Below, piece after piece: positions 30,226-41,116 of a stretch of DNA of 61,091 nt. Under the pieces are notes generated by a model that made no database searches, was not told the DNA's origin, and saw only the letters and a program-made list of their open reading frames with translations. The first letter of the stretch is position 1. Each line of letters starts with the position of its first letter. Source of the DNA: Stramenopiles sp. TOSAG23-3 (taxonomy: Eukaryota). Location of the stretch: contig LT642155.1 of assembly GCA_900128585.1 (NCBI GenBank), positions 1 through 61,091 on the forward strand, read 5' to 3'. The translations under genes were made by a program, and so were the position numbers.

Positions 30226-31363
30226 TTCAACAAGGGGGTCTAAACAAACAAAAACCAAAAGTACACCACAAGTCCTCTTTAAAATTCTATTTCAGACCTA
30301 AAACGAAGAGAGAATGTTTATCATGTATAGTTGGAAAACATGACTTTCATTACTTAGGAACATAATTTTGATTTCATACATTACTGTACCGATATATATA
30401 TATATTAATTCTGGGAACCACCCTCAAATTCTCAACAAATTCAAAAAACAAACAAACAATAATAATATAATTATTTTATAACCCCCTTTTTTTTAAAATT
30501 TTTTTAGAGTTAGTTAGTCTTATAATTGTTTGGTTTAGTGAAATATTCCGATTTTCTATTTTCCCCCTGCTATGTGATGTATCTCGCGGTGCACCAATTT
30601 CAGAATTTGATAGTCTACCTATGGTATAAAATTCTTGGTGCACCAATTTCAGAATTACATAAAGACAGTACTGCAAACGATTCGCGAAATTGATATTTGG
30701 ATTTGCAGCTCACTCTTAGACTATTTTTTGATTCTCCTCGTACTCTATTAAATTTTATCTCTTTACGTAATATTTAAATTATATTCTCTGGGCTAGCAGT
30801 TTCACCCCTTTCCAAAATTTAGTTTAATCTTTATGTTATTTCTATATTACACTAGTCCTATTAATATTATATTTGTGCCTCCCATTCCTTTTGTTGGTTC
30901 GGTTTCAATTCATCCTACCTCCTTGTTGAGTCTTCCTTGCATGCGGTCGTCTTAAAATTGTTTTGAGTAATAGTAGACTATTATACTTCCATAGTTAGCC
31001 TGTACAGTTTAAATAGGACTAGTGTAGTGACCAGAGCTGTACGTGCCGTGAGTACGTAGTTTGTTTTTGTAGTCGTTGATAGTTAGTTACAAAATTTTAG
31101 ATTCTTTTTTTGGCAATACTCATAATTATATTACCTCCCTGTGTGTGCCTTTTGAGTTCGTTGTTCTTCTTTTTATCTTTGGTGTTGTTTTTTGTTTTGC
31201 GAGAAGAAGAGGTTTGGTTGGATTATTAGATTTTGATCCTCTCACGAATACATTTCTTGTTAAATTACTTTTCAAGTGAAATTTCTTCCATCTTAATCAT
31301 TCGCAAAGAAATATATCGCCTAGAGGGTGGTTCAGAAATAGCAGACTTCGAGCATAAAAAGCG

Positions 31364-33259
31364 ATGGCTACTTCAAGCTATGCGCTTCCAAAGGGGCGTA
31401 TGATTGCCCCTGTGACCAAATTTGCCATGGCTCCCACGGTGTATCAGAAGCAGCTACCCCATGCAATTCAGAAAGGGTTGAAGGGTAATTTGGGGCCATT
31501 TTATGGGGCTCAACAAGCGGAAGAATGGCGCCAAGAGTTAAAAAAGAAAGAAGACGACCGAAAAAATGCGTTCGATGTGTACGATCTAGAAAAGCATCCT
31601 GAACTGTATTCCAACGAAGACCGGGCAATGAACAAAGGCAGGCACAAAATGCAAAAAGAATACGAACGGACAGTTCCCGGTGGTTACAACGAACTAGGTC
31701 CCACAGACGATAAAATGCGGGTTTACGCAAGTGCACTTTCAGGGACAATTCACCAACATTCTCCGCGTTTTTTAGAAACATTGGTTGAAACCCCAGCGCA
31801 CCGTGACAACAAGTTTACAAAAGGGGGAGCGAACGTGTTGCTTTTGGGGTTTCTGGACCCTAAGAAGAAAAACCCAGACCTGAATACAACGGACCTGGGC
31901 TACAACCCTCTGCTGCACAAATACAGGGCACAGCCACCGAAACATACCGCGTTGCAGCGCAGAACTACAAGAGAGAGGACAGGATACGTTTCCGTGGCAG
32001 GGGGCAAAAAAGCCAAGTCTGAATTTGGTGACAAACCGTCTGCTATGAAGATGCACATGGAAAATGGCTATAGCAACGTGCCACCTGAAATTTACCTGGA
32101 AGATGAAAACGCCTGTTTGAACAACAAATTGCGCAATGTTCCAACAAAACACGGGAACGGGGAAGAGGTAAAAAAACTACTAGAGCATGACCAGCACAAG
32201 TTTGTCGACAAGCAGGCAGAAATGGATAAGTACGGAAAACACGCTGAGAAACTTATGAGTTCTTATGAAGCCGATCGCCAACGACAAAAGCAAATCAACT
32301 TGAACAGAATGAAGCACCAGTACACTTTCTTGGATCCGTACACAGGCAGCCCCCGTGGGATCAATTATGGGCGAAAGGCGAACCCCCTCGATGGGTATAA
32401 CCCGATCATGGACCGCCCAAATCGTCTAGAAGAGGAATATTTGCTGCAGCAGAAAGAGAAGGAGAAAATGTTGGTGAAAATTAAAGATGGGTGGGATAGG
32501 CAAATGAAAGCAGAGTCGACTTGGAATGTGATTACAAATTGCGACAAATTGACAGGAAAAGAGCATATGACACCCCACGATGCTAAGCAGGTGTCCACAA
32601 ATGAAAGAAAACGAATAGACGCGTCGACGAAAAATGCCCAGGCGTTGACAAAGCTGATTCAACACGGGCACGGTCCTAAGCACGTAGACCAGAACGAATA
32701 CCCAAAGATAGGAGCTGAATCGAGCGAAGGCAAGACGCGCCAGCAACAGTTTATTCCACAGAAGCCGAAAAAGAAAGTGGAGCTGTCTAGTGGGCAGTTG
32801 ATATTCGGAAAGTTTGATCAAATCCAGAAACCCGAGGTGGTCACGCCGAGAAAACCAAGCATCTTTGACCCCATGGTCGATGAGAATTTAAAAATTGAAA
32901 ATCGACGGGCAGCGCCATTTACACATAAATATTACTATAAAGGTCAGGCAAACCCAAAAAAACATATTGAATATGATTTGTCCCAGAAGATTGGGGGAAA
33001 ATTGGGCGATAAGCCAAAGGAATTTATATTGCAGCGACCGAAAGGTTCCATGCCCCTTACTTTGAAAGTCACTCCTCTTAGGCATCGCAAGACCGGTGAA
33101 CTTTGCCAGGTGAAACAACCTCCCCGCACCAATGCGAATGAAAATATATCTGCCTTTGGCGTTGTAGTTCCTAGCACTAGAGTAGAATATGACAGACGAT
33201 GGACGTACAAACCTTTCGGAAAATTTAGTGCCCAAGCGAACAGTTCGCAGTGGAACTAA
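31364..33259 (+). CDS. Hypothetical hydrophilic protein, 631 aa
   Basis: Long uninterrupted ORF. Short repeated motifs GYNPL, GYNPI and WNVIT; no recognised domain. Confidence 0.75.
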   Translation: MATSSYALPKGRMIAPVTKFAMAPTVYQKQLPHAIQKGLKGNLGPFYGAQQAEEWRQELKKKEDDRKNAFDVYDLEKHPELYSNEDRAMNKGRHKMQKEYERTVPGGYNELGPTDDKMRVYASALSGTIHQHSPRFLETLVETPAHRDNKFTKGGANVLLLGFLDPKKKNPDLNTTDLGYNPLLHKYRAQPPKHTALQRRTTRERTGYVSVAGGKKAKSEFGDKPSAMKMHMENGYSNVPPEIYLEDENACLNNKLRNVPTKHGNGEEVKKLLEHDQHKFVDKQAEMDKYGKHAEKLMSSYEADRQRQKQINLNRMKHQYTFLDPYTGSPRGINYGRKANPLDGYNPIMDRPNRLEEEYLLQQKEKEKMLVKIKDGWDRQMKAESTWNVITNCDKLTGKEHMTPHDAKQVSTNERKRIDASTKNAQALTKLIQHGHGPKHVDQNEYPKIGAESSEGKTRQQQFIPQKPKKKVELSSGQLIFGKFDQIQKPEVVTPRKPSIFDPMVDENLKIENRRAAPFTHKYYYKGQANPKKHIEYDLSQKIGGKLGDKPKEFILQRPKGSMPLTLKVTPLRHRKTGELCQVKQPPRTNANENISAFGVVVPSTRVEYDRRWTYKPFGKFSAQANSSQWN

Positions 33260-34112
33260 TGACAATGTTTCTTGAAGTAAAATTTGAGATTGGATACTTT
33301 ATAACTACCGGTATTTTTACCAATTGCGAGTATACTCGAACTACTTTGGGTTCCCGTACCACGGTGTTCTTGTTTTTTTATATAAGTATTATATTATAAT
33401 AGGCAACGAAACAGTGACAACGAAGAGTCAACGAGTGGAAAGAAAAAAAAGCCTCGTACTAAAATCCTAGAAGAATACGAAAAAAGGAAGAAGCCAACGT
33501 TCAACCTGCACATCAGTAATAAAACCACAACCCAAAATACCTTGATGTGCGTTGCTATTACTCTATTAATACCAGGTACGGTACAGGTATAATTCTACGA
33601 GGACGTAAATATCTATGCAAAAAAACGCGAGGTTCCACCACCACTTCGAACTACCAAGGGGTACGGCAGGTATAAAACAGGTATTATAACCGGTATACCT
33701 GGGTACTGGTATTATTTTAATTATTCTAGCTGTAATAGGTGGTATAATACCTGGTACAGGTACAGGTACCGTTCCAGCCGTTCCACCACCTTGGTTTTAT
33801 TTCGTTTGTTGTTGTTGTTGTTGTTGATATTTCTTCTTATTATTATTTTTATTAATCGGCGCGGTACACGCATACTTCGCCGCCCAATGATAAACCGACG
33901 GGAAAGTCTTTACTAACTAACCTGTCAATATGTTTTCTAGATCAATAAACAGATGAGGTATAGAATATTTTGTTGATTACAGGGCTACGGTTCGTTAAAC
34001 TTTGACCTTTAAAATATCTGACAGAGTAAAGCAGTGCCCTTCACTCATTTCCAGGATCGTGAAGCGTTAGAGTTGCGTCCAAAACGTTTTGTATTATGCG
34101 AAGGGAGACAAC

Positions 34113-35369
34113 ATGAAAGTAGTGGTCCAGAAACGAGAAGAGAAACGCCCTTTGGAGGAACAAAGGGGGAGTGCTGTGGCAAAAGTTTTGCTATCGTTAA
34201 ATATAATTCCTGATATTTTTTCTTCTGATGAAGACGCGAGGGCTGATCAGCTGTTTGTGGGCGATACAGTATGTGTCAAACCGGGGTATATGGAACACCC
34301 AGCCTTCTTGAGGAAAACTACAATGAAAACAGAGAGCTTGTTGTCTAGTGATGAACTTGAAAAATACAAAATTGGAATAGTGACATCCCTGCTTCGCGGA
34401 GACCGTGTAGAGATACGCACAGCCACTGTTGCTAACCAAGGCGAGATCCTCAGTGTATTAGCATCATCTGTTATTAAACTATCTGATTACCCGTGCGAGC
34501 AGGTCCAATCGAAACGGCAATTTTACCCACACAACAAGCTTAGAGGAAACACCATCAGTTGCGCCTCTTTGCCCGCACTACTAAATACCACCTCGGTGGG
34601 AACTAGATTAGAAAAAAATAAATGCAGTCTTTCGACGGAGGCTCTAAAAGGCAGTTATCAGTTTCACCATCCTGTCGAGGCAAAACTAATTTTACATGGT
34701 ATGACACAAGCGAGCAGAAGCAGTACAGGGGTATGGCGGAAAAGTCGGTCAAGTCCCAGGGTATCTCTTGATGCGGAAACTAACCCAAATAAAAATACGA
34801 CGTTGCGGGATGATGTAAAGCCATTAGCTTCCCAAAGAAGACCGAAGCTAAAGTCTAAATTTTTCAAAGACTCGTTTAAAAACAAAGAAGTTTTTACAGT
34901 TGGAAGTATGAAAATGCCAAAATTCGACTACCCAAAACCAAAGTCAATGAAAAAGGGGAAGCACAAAAAATATAGGAAACGTTCAGTTACACAACAAAGT
35001 TATGGGACTCCCATCGAGATAGTGGGCGACCTTGAACACATCAAGAGAGATCGAAGGTCCATTTTGAAATCGATTTATGGAAAATATACCCCAGATAACC
35101 TGAATGAACATAGGAATAATGAAAGATCATCTCTAGACATGATCGAATGTAGAGAAGACATGAACACTCAGAATATAATTAACCCTGTGCAGCCGGCGGG
35201 TGACACAGCTCCCGTAAAAAAGTGTTCCTTTATTAGTAGCCGGTACAATGACAGACTTGATGCAGATGATTATCCAAATCTTTCTGGTAAAGGGTTGCGT
35301 AGTAGGTTTCTTAATGCCAGAACTAGATATTTTGAAGTCAATGCGCGTCGAAACAAAGTGTTGTCGTAG
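34113..35369 (+). CDS. Hypothetical basic protein; 5' structure uncertain
   Basis: ORF of ~418 aa from the first ATG. Upstream TACTAAC...TTCTAG (33911-33940) suggests 5' introns. Confidence 0.55.
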   Translation: MKVVVQKREEKRPLEEQRGSAVAKVLLSLNIIPDIFSSDEDARADQLFVGDTVCVKPGYMEHPAFLRKTTMKTESLLSSDELEKYKIGIVTSLLRGDRVEIRTATVANQGEILSVLASSVIKLSDYPCEQVQSKRQFYPHNKLRGNTISCASLPALLNTTSVGTRLEKNKCSLSTEALKGSYQFHHPVEAKLILHGMTQASRSSTGVWRKSRSSPRVSLDAETNPNKNTTLRDDVKPLASQRRPKLKSKFFKDSFKNKEVFTVGSMKMPKFDYPKPKSMKKGKHKKYRKRSVTQQSYGTPIEIVGDLEHIKRDRRSILKSIYGKYTPDNLNEHRNNERSSLDMIECREDMNTQNIINPVQPAGDTAPVKKCSFISSRYNDRLDADDYPNLSGKGLRSRFLNARTRYFEVNARRNKVLS

Positions 35370-35762
35370 ATTTACTTCGAAAGGGTGCAAGGGAGTAACT
35401 TACAGGGCAAACGATGACTCTAGTGTTCTCAAGAAAAATAATTAATGACTGTGACCAATGTTCTTTTAAATTAATGGCTGTTATTTAGGTATATTGAAAA
35501 TCATAAGTAGTAAAGAAGGGATTTCTGGCAAATTTTTCGACTACCAAAGTCAAAGCTTTATTCGTTTTCCTTTTTATTTGTCATTCTTCATAAAAACACA
35601 CTTGAGCTTTCCTTCTTCTTTCTTTGTTGTTGTTGTCGCGCCGAGCTAAGAAAATATTACTCTCATATGCTATTCTTCCTATAGATAATATAAATCCTTA
35701 ATTAAGAAAAGAAACGTCATATAAATATGTTTTTTTTATTAATATTTTTTTTATATCTTATT

Positions 35763-35828
35763 AAAACAAGAAAATTGGCTGTTATTTAAGTAATAATTAA
35801 ATTTAGCTTCCTCATACCCTAATCCTAA
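35763..35828 (-). repeat. Copy of the dispersed element with a telomere-like CCCTAATCCTAA extension
   Basis: AAAACAAGAAAATTGGCTGTTATTTAAGTAATAATTAAATTTAGCTTCCTCATACCCTAATCCTAA, near-identical to 41117-41179. Confidence 0.85.
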
Positions 35829-35896
35829 ATATTAAATTATATTATATTGTTTTGGATTAAGGCATATATTCATCATCAATAGATTTTTCCCATCAT

Positions 35897-38800
35897 TTAT
35901 GACAGCAAAGGTGAAGGGTTCTTCTGTATTGCTGCTAAGATCGTCTCGACGAGATTGATTTGCGTGAAAACGTTCACGTTGGCATCGATTGCCTGTCTCC
36001 TCAAACGCTGGGAGAACTGCCCTTGCTCCGTTTCCATGCTGCCAACAGAAGACAAGGATGAAAATTCCAGCAGCAGTTCCACTCGCTTCAGCGACAGGTC
36101 TTCGATCGAGCAGGAGCGCTTGACTTCGTAGCCCATCTGCTCCATTCTTAACGCAAGGTTTTGGGTGCGGGCGTCGCCAGAAAATTCCTTCGCGTGCAGG
36201 CAGACAGCCGTCGCCCCGGACTGTCCGTGAGGTGCCGGAAAGTTGCGCCCTGCGCTGTTTATGGCACAAAGAAGTGCCTTGTAAACATCCTTGTGAAAAC
36301 AGGCTACTTCACCCGTGGCTTTCATAGTCACACCCAGCAAAATGTCCGCCCCGGGCAAGCGGTCGAAGGAGAACACTGGAGTTTTTACGCCGTAAACCTT
36401 TTCCGACGCCCCCGCCCTAGTGTCCAACGCCATGGCAGGGTCGTACCCCATAATTGAAACAGTGGCGACTCTAGCAAAGTCAACGCCACTGGCACGGGAT
36501 ACAAATGGCATGCTTCTGCTTGCTCGTAAATTTGTCTCAATTACTTTCAGCTCGTTGGTTTCTCGAGTGTAAATTATTTGCAAATTGAACGGGCCAGATA
36601 TCTGCAGCCTCCGGCCTATCTTACCGGCAATCACTTTGCACGCGTCGATCGTGCGCTTCGGGAGAGAATGCGGGGGGTGGATCATTGTGGCATCACCAGA
36701 GTGAACACCGGCTGCCTCGATGTGTTCCGACACAGCGAACGCCACCAATTTCCCATCTCGGCACACCGCATCGATGTCTATCTCCTCTCCATTCTCTTCG
36801 TACTTTGACAACACGACTGGGTAGTCCGGGCTCACCCGAGTGGCTTCCTGCACGTACGTGTCCAGGGCAGCACGGTCCCTGACAACTTTCATTGCAGCCC
36901 CTGCAAGGACAAATGAGGGCCGGACCAGTACCGGGAAATGTTTGGAGGCAAAAGCTGCGAGCTCTGAAAATTTTGCAGAGCTTGTCCACAGGGCTTGGTG
37001 GACGCCAATGTCGTCCAACATCTGCGAGTGCATGTGTCTGTCTTCCGCCATGCGAATGTTGGACGGCGAGGTCCCAAGAATGTTCACCTTTGACTTGGGC
37101 TCTCGTTCCAAGCTTGGAACCAAATTCTGCGCCGTTTGCCCACCCATGCTAACGATGACGTTTGGGGTTCCTTCTGCATCCAAGATATCAAGGACCCGTT
37201 CGACCGAAATTTCTTCAAAGTACAGCGCATCCACTTCGTCATAATCCGTGGAGACTGTTTCGGGGTTGTGGTTCAACACCACCGTCCTTCGCCCCGGCTG
37301 CACGCTTTTGATCGTCCGGCTGCACGAAACGACAGAGTGGTCGAATTCAACGCTGCTGCCAATCCGGTACACCCCGCTACCAATGATCAAGATGGGCGCC
37401 AGCGGGGAGTCCCTGTTCAACGGTGAGTAGTCCGATTCTGCGCTCCCTGAGGCTCCGTACGTCATGTAAAAGTACGCGGACGCCGCGGGAAACTCTCCCG
37501 CGGTAGTGTCGATTTGTTTAATTATCGGTGTAATGCCCATTCGCACGCGAGCGTTCCTTACCTCTGGCTCCATGGCCACGGCAGCGCCGGCACCAAAAAT
37601 GTTTCGTGAGATTTGTAAGTCTGAATAACCAAACATTTTTGCCTCTCGCATCAGCCTGGTTGGAACGTCTTGGAGGCTATGAAACACTTTCAACCGAAGG
37701 GACACTTGAAAGCAGTCGTAGAGCTGCCCCAGAAACCAGTAGCCCACCCCCGACGCATCGGCGACTTCTTTCGCCGTCCACCCTTCTTCAAATGCGGCGG
37801 CAATTTGAAACGGTCGCTTCGGGCTTGGGGTTGCCAACAATTCTTTCAAGTTTCTGCCCGGTGACTGGCACTGCTGAGTCTCGTTAAGACCGCTGTCGCA
37901 CGACTGCCCGGGACGCCCCCCCCCGAAGCCCTGTACGTGTTCCCCTGCCCCTACCATGCGCAAAGCTTTTTGAAAGGCTTCTGGAAAGGTCCGACCAATC
38001 CCCATAACTTCCCCTATCGACTTCATCCCTGTGTTCAGTGTTGTGTCCAAATCCCCGTCGAACATTTGAAAATCCCAGTGAGGAATTTTTACCACAACGT
38101 AGTCTAACGCTGGTTCCATCAGTGCCGGGGAAGTTTTAGTCATCAGGTTATTGATCTCCGCCAACGATTTTCCCGCCGCCAGCTGGGCTGCGACGTGGGC
38201 GATGGGATACCCCGTGGCTTTCGACGCTAGCGCACTCGATCGAGAGAGCCTTGGATTTACTTCAACGACAACGTACTCAAACTCGTTTGGGTTCACGGCG
38301 TACTGGACGTTGCATTCGCCCACTATTCCCAACCGGTTTGCTATTGCGATGGACGCTTCTCGCAGTGTTTGGTACTCGAAATCGCTCAACGTTTGGCTGG
38401 GGGCGACTACAATGCTCTCTCCCGTGTGCACGCCTAACGGGTCAAAGTTTTCCATGTTGCAGATGGTGAAGCAGTTTCCGTACCGATCCCGCATGACTTC
38501 GTACTCGACTTCTTTCCAGCCTTTCAGGCTCTTGTCTATAATCATCTGTGCCGGCTTGCCGCCAGGGTCTCGACGGGCCATCGCTTTGGACACCAAATTG
38601 CCCAGTTCCTCTTCATTCTTCGCAAACCCACTCCCGTAACCGCCGAGAGCAAACGCTCGGCGCAATAGCACCGGGTAGCCTATGCTTCTCTTTGCTGCGC
38701 TGAGAATTTCTTCCTTTGTCGAGGCGGTTATGCTCGGTGCTATGGGCTGGCGGATGGAGAGCAGCATGCCCCGAAACTTTTCGCGGTCTTCCGTCAAAAG

Positions 38801-40510
38801 TATCCCTTCCGTTGCCGTTCCCATAATCTTCACGTTGAAATCTCGCAAAAAACCTTTCCACTCCAACTCCAGTCCCAGGTTGAGCGCGGTCTGTCCGCCG
38901 AATGACAGCAAGAGGCCATCTATTGGTGGATCGATCGTAGAATTGAAGATACGCACGACGCTGGCAACGCTTAGTGGGGCGAACACTGTATCGTCCGCCG
39001 TGCCTACTATGGTCTGAACGGAAGCAACATTCGGGTTCAGCAAAACAGTCTTGATGCCCAGCGCCTTCAACGCTTTCAGTGCCTGGGCCCCACTGTAATC
39101 AAACTCCCCTGCTTGCCCAATTTGAAGCCCCCCGCTGCCAAGTACAAGCACCCTCTTGAATTTGCACTCTTCCGTTGAACGAGCGCCCCTTCTTAAATGT
39201 TCGTCGCCGGGGGGCCAGCTGGCATTGACACGGCCGGAGGCGGCATACTCTTTAACAGAATTGAAAAACGCCTTGAAAATTCCGACCTCTTTCGGTCCAC
39301 CGCCGCCTTCGGGGTGCCACTGGGAGCTCATGATGGGCCTTGACCTGTGGTATATTCCAGCGCTTGTGTTGTCGTTAAGGTTCGTGTACAAAGGAGCCCA
39401 ATCGCGTAAAAAATCGAACGTGGTAAAAAACCCGTGGTTCTGGGAAGAAATAAAGCCCAGTTTGGTGTCTTTGGAAAAAACCACGGGGTGGTTGTGCCCG
39501 CGGTGACCAAATTTTAACTTGGAGGACCCGCCCCCGGCCGCCAAGGAAATCAATTGGTGCCCAAGGCATATCCCAAGGATTGGCAAAAATTCTGACAACG
39601 TGCTGGGACCGGAAAAAAGCTTTTGCAACTGTGCAATAGCAAACCTCTGGTTTTTGGGATCTCCGGGGCCATTGGAAAGCAGTAGCCCGTGAAACGGTTT
39701 CTTCTTCATTTCTGCTTCTAACTCTGTGGTCGATCCTGGTGAAATGGAAATCTCAATCTGGGAGTTGTTCGATAAATCTAGCAGTTTTGATACAATGCCG
39801 TGCTTTAGCCCGAAATCGAGAACGAGGATACGAATGCACCCTCCAGGCAAGCCCTCGCAGTTTCCGCACGACCATTGCGCTGGTCCGTACTGTTTTGGCT
39901 GCTGGTTCCAATGTACTTTTTGCTTAACCGCGGCGGGCGACGTTGAAATCGCGCCCACCATGGCCGATTCCTGCTGTCGTATGCGTTTCACCAGCCTCCT
40001 CGTGTCCACTCCATATATCCCTGGAATATTTTCGGAGGCCATCCAATCGGATAAGCTCATGATGCTCTCCCAGTGACTAGTATCACCCGATATGCTCGAG
40101 ACGACGAGCCCTGCCACTTGAATTCGAAAACTCTGGTGGCCATTTTTCGCCGTATGTTTGCAAGCCGTATGCTGTGTGTTTCTGCGTGATAAGGATTTGT
40201 TCGATGGTACCCCGTAGTTGCCAATGAGGGGGTAAGACAACAATAAAATTTGCCCCGCGTACGATGGGTCGGTCATGCTCTCCACGTAGCCCGTCATTGC
40301 TGTGCTAAAAACGATTTCTCCGCCACCAATGTCCTCGTCGGCAAGGGGAAGCCTACCAAACGATTTCCCCGTAATTGTTTCTACCAACGTGGCCGGGTCT
40401 TCTTTTTCGGAATATATGTGGATTTGTACAACGTCCCCATGCGTACCATGGCAGTATACCGCCCTTAGCAGCAAGAAACACGCGAGCAGACAGCACACTG
40501 ACTTGGCCAT
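35897..40510 (-). CDS. Glutamine-dependent carbamoyl-phosphate synthetase, fused small and large subunits, with a hydrophobic N-terminal leader
   Basis: GEIVFSTAMTGY.ESMTDPSY, LSNGPGDP, GICLGHQ (catalytic Cys), SQNHGF, QWHPE and GQAGEFDYSG. Two ATP-grasp halves (EVNPRLSRSS; ETNLRASRS). No DHOase or ATCase domains. Confidence 0.95.
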   Translation of the reverse strand: MAKSVCCLLACFLLLRAVYCHGTHGDVVQIHIYSEKEDPATLVETITGKSFGRLPLADEDIGGGEIVFSTAMTGYVESMTDPSYAGQILLLSYPLIGNYGVPSNKSLSRRNTQHTACKHTAKNGHQSFRIQVAGLVVSSISGDTSHWESIMSLSDWMASENIPGIYGVDTRRLVKRIRQQESAMVGAISTSPAAVKQKVHWNQQPKQYGPAQWSCGNCEGLPGGCIRILVLDFGLKHGIVSKLLDLSNNSQIEISISPGSTTELEAEMKKKPFHGLLLSNGPGDPKNQRFAIAQLQKLFSGPSTLSEFLPILGICLGHQLISLAAGGGSSKLKFGHRGHNHPVVFSKDTKLGFISSQNHGFFTTFDFLRDWAPLYTNLNDNTSAGIYHRSRPIMSSQWHPEGGGGPKEVGIFKAFFNSVKEYAASGRVNASWPPGDEHLRRGARSTEECKFKRVLVLGSGGLQIGQAGEFDYSGAQALKALKALGIKTVLLNPNVASVQTIVGTADDTVFAPLSVASVVRIFNSTIDPPIDGLLLSFGGQTALNLGLELEWKGFLRDFNVKIMGTATEGILLTEDREKFRGMLLSIRQPIAPSITASTKEEILSAAKRSIGYPVLLRRAFALGGYGSGFAKNEEELGNLVSKAMARRDPGGKPAQMIIDKSLKGWKEVEYEVMRDRYGNCFTICNMENFDPLGVHTGESIVVAPSQTLSDFEYQTLREASIAIANRLGIVGECNVQYAVNPNEFEYVVVEVNPRLSRSSALASKATGYPIAHVAAQLAAGKSLAEINNLMTKTSPALMEPALDYVVVKIPHWDFQMFDGDLDTTLNTGMKSIGEVMGIGRTFPEAFQKALRMVGAGEHVQGFGGGRPGQSCDSGLNETQQCQSPGRNLKELLATPSPKRPFQIAAAFEEGWTAKEVADASGVGYWFLGQLYDCFQVSLRLKVFHSLQDVPTRLMREAKMFGYSDLQISRNIFGAGAAVAMEPEVRNARVRMGITPIIKQIDTTAGEFPAASAYFYMTYGASGSAESDYSPLNRDSPLAPILIIGSGVYRIGSSVEFDHSVVSCSRTIKSVQPGRRTVVLNHNPETVSTDYDEVDALYFEEISVERVLDILDAEGTPNVIVSMGGQTAQNLVPSLEREPKSKVNILGTSPSNIRMAEDRHMHSQMLDDIGVHQALWTSSAKFSELAAFASKHFPVLVRPSFVLAGAAMKVVRDRAALDTYVQEATRVSPDYPVVLSKYEENGEEIDIDAVCRDGKLVAFAVSEHIEAAGVHSGDATMIHPPHSLPKRTIDACKVIAGKIGRRLQISGPFNLQIIYTRETNELKVIETNLRASRSMPFVSRASGVDFARVATVSIMGYDPAMALDTRAGASEKVYGVKTPVFSFDRLPGADILLGVTMKATGEVACFHKDVYKALLCAINSAGRNFPAPHGQSGATAVCLHAKEFSGDARTQNLALRMEQMGYEVKRSCSIEDLSLKRVELLLEFSSLSSVGSMETEQGQFSQRLRRQAIDANVNVFTQINLVETILAAIQKNPSPLLS

Positions 40511-41116
40511 GTCGTTTTAAGCAAACAAAAGTAATTAGGGCGTTTCTCGTTGAATGAAAAATATTACTGCACGCCAGAAGTCAAAACATGGGCCAACCGT
40601 TTCGTTTTTTGTCTTTTAAGTTGACCGTATGTACTATATCACTCTGTTCGGATACTTTCTACACCTAAATGTAGTTTAGATTATTATTTGCGTGAAAAGG
40701 AAGGAATGAACGTTTCTTTTCGTTCGCGTGTGTATAAGGATTTATCTTTTTTTTTTTAGCCTCGATGTAAAATATACTGGTACAACTAACTAACTGTGAA
40801 ACAAGTGAAAAAGCAACGAACAAACAACAAAACGACGACGAACAGGACGGACGGACAGGGAAAGAAAGGAAGCAAGAAGAGAAGACTCAACTAGAAGAAA
40901 AAAGAAGAGGGAAAAAAAAGATCATACTGGTTAATGTACACTATATAGCTAATAATACATAAAAACCAGGTGGTGGTGGTCACATCGCTTTCTACATATT
41001 CTTAGAGTTTTACCAGTTACCAGTATATCTATTGTAGCCGTCGTATTACAATACCACTTCCGTAAACTCGAGCAACTTCCGATTCTCACACACTAATTAC
41101 TTAATCTATTAAAAAA

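Noticed and set aside
30588-30656. CRISPR-like repeat-spacer-repeat
   Set aside because: Only two 20-bp units, eukaryotic context and no cas genes.
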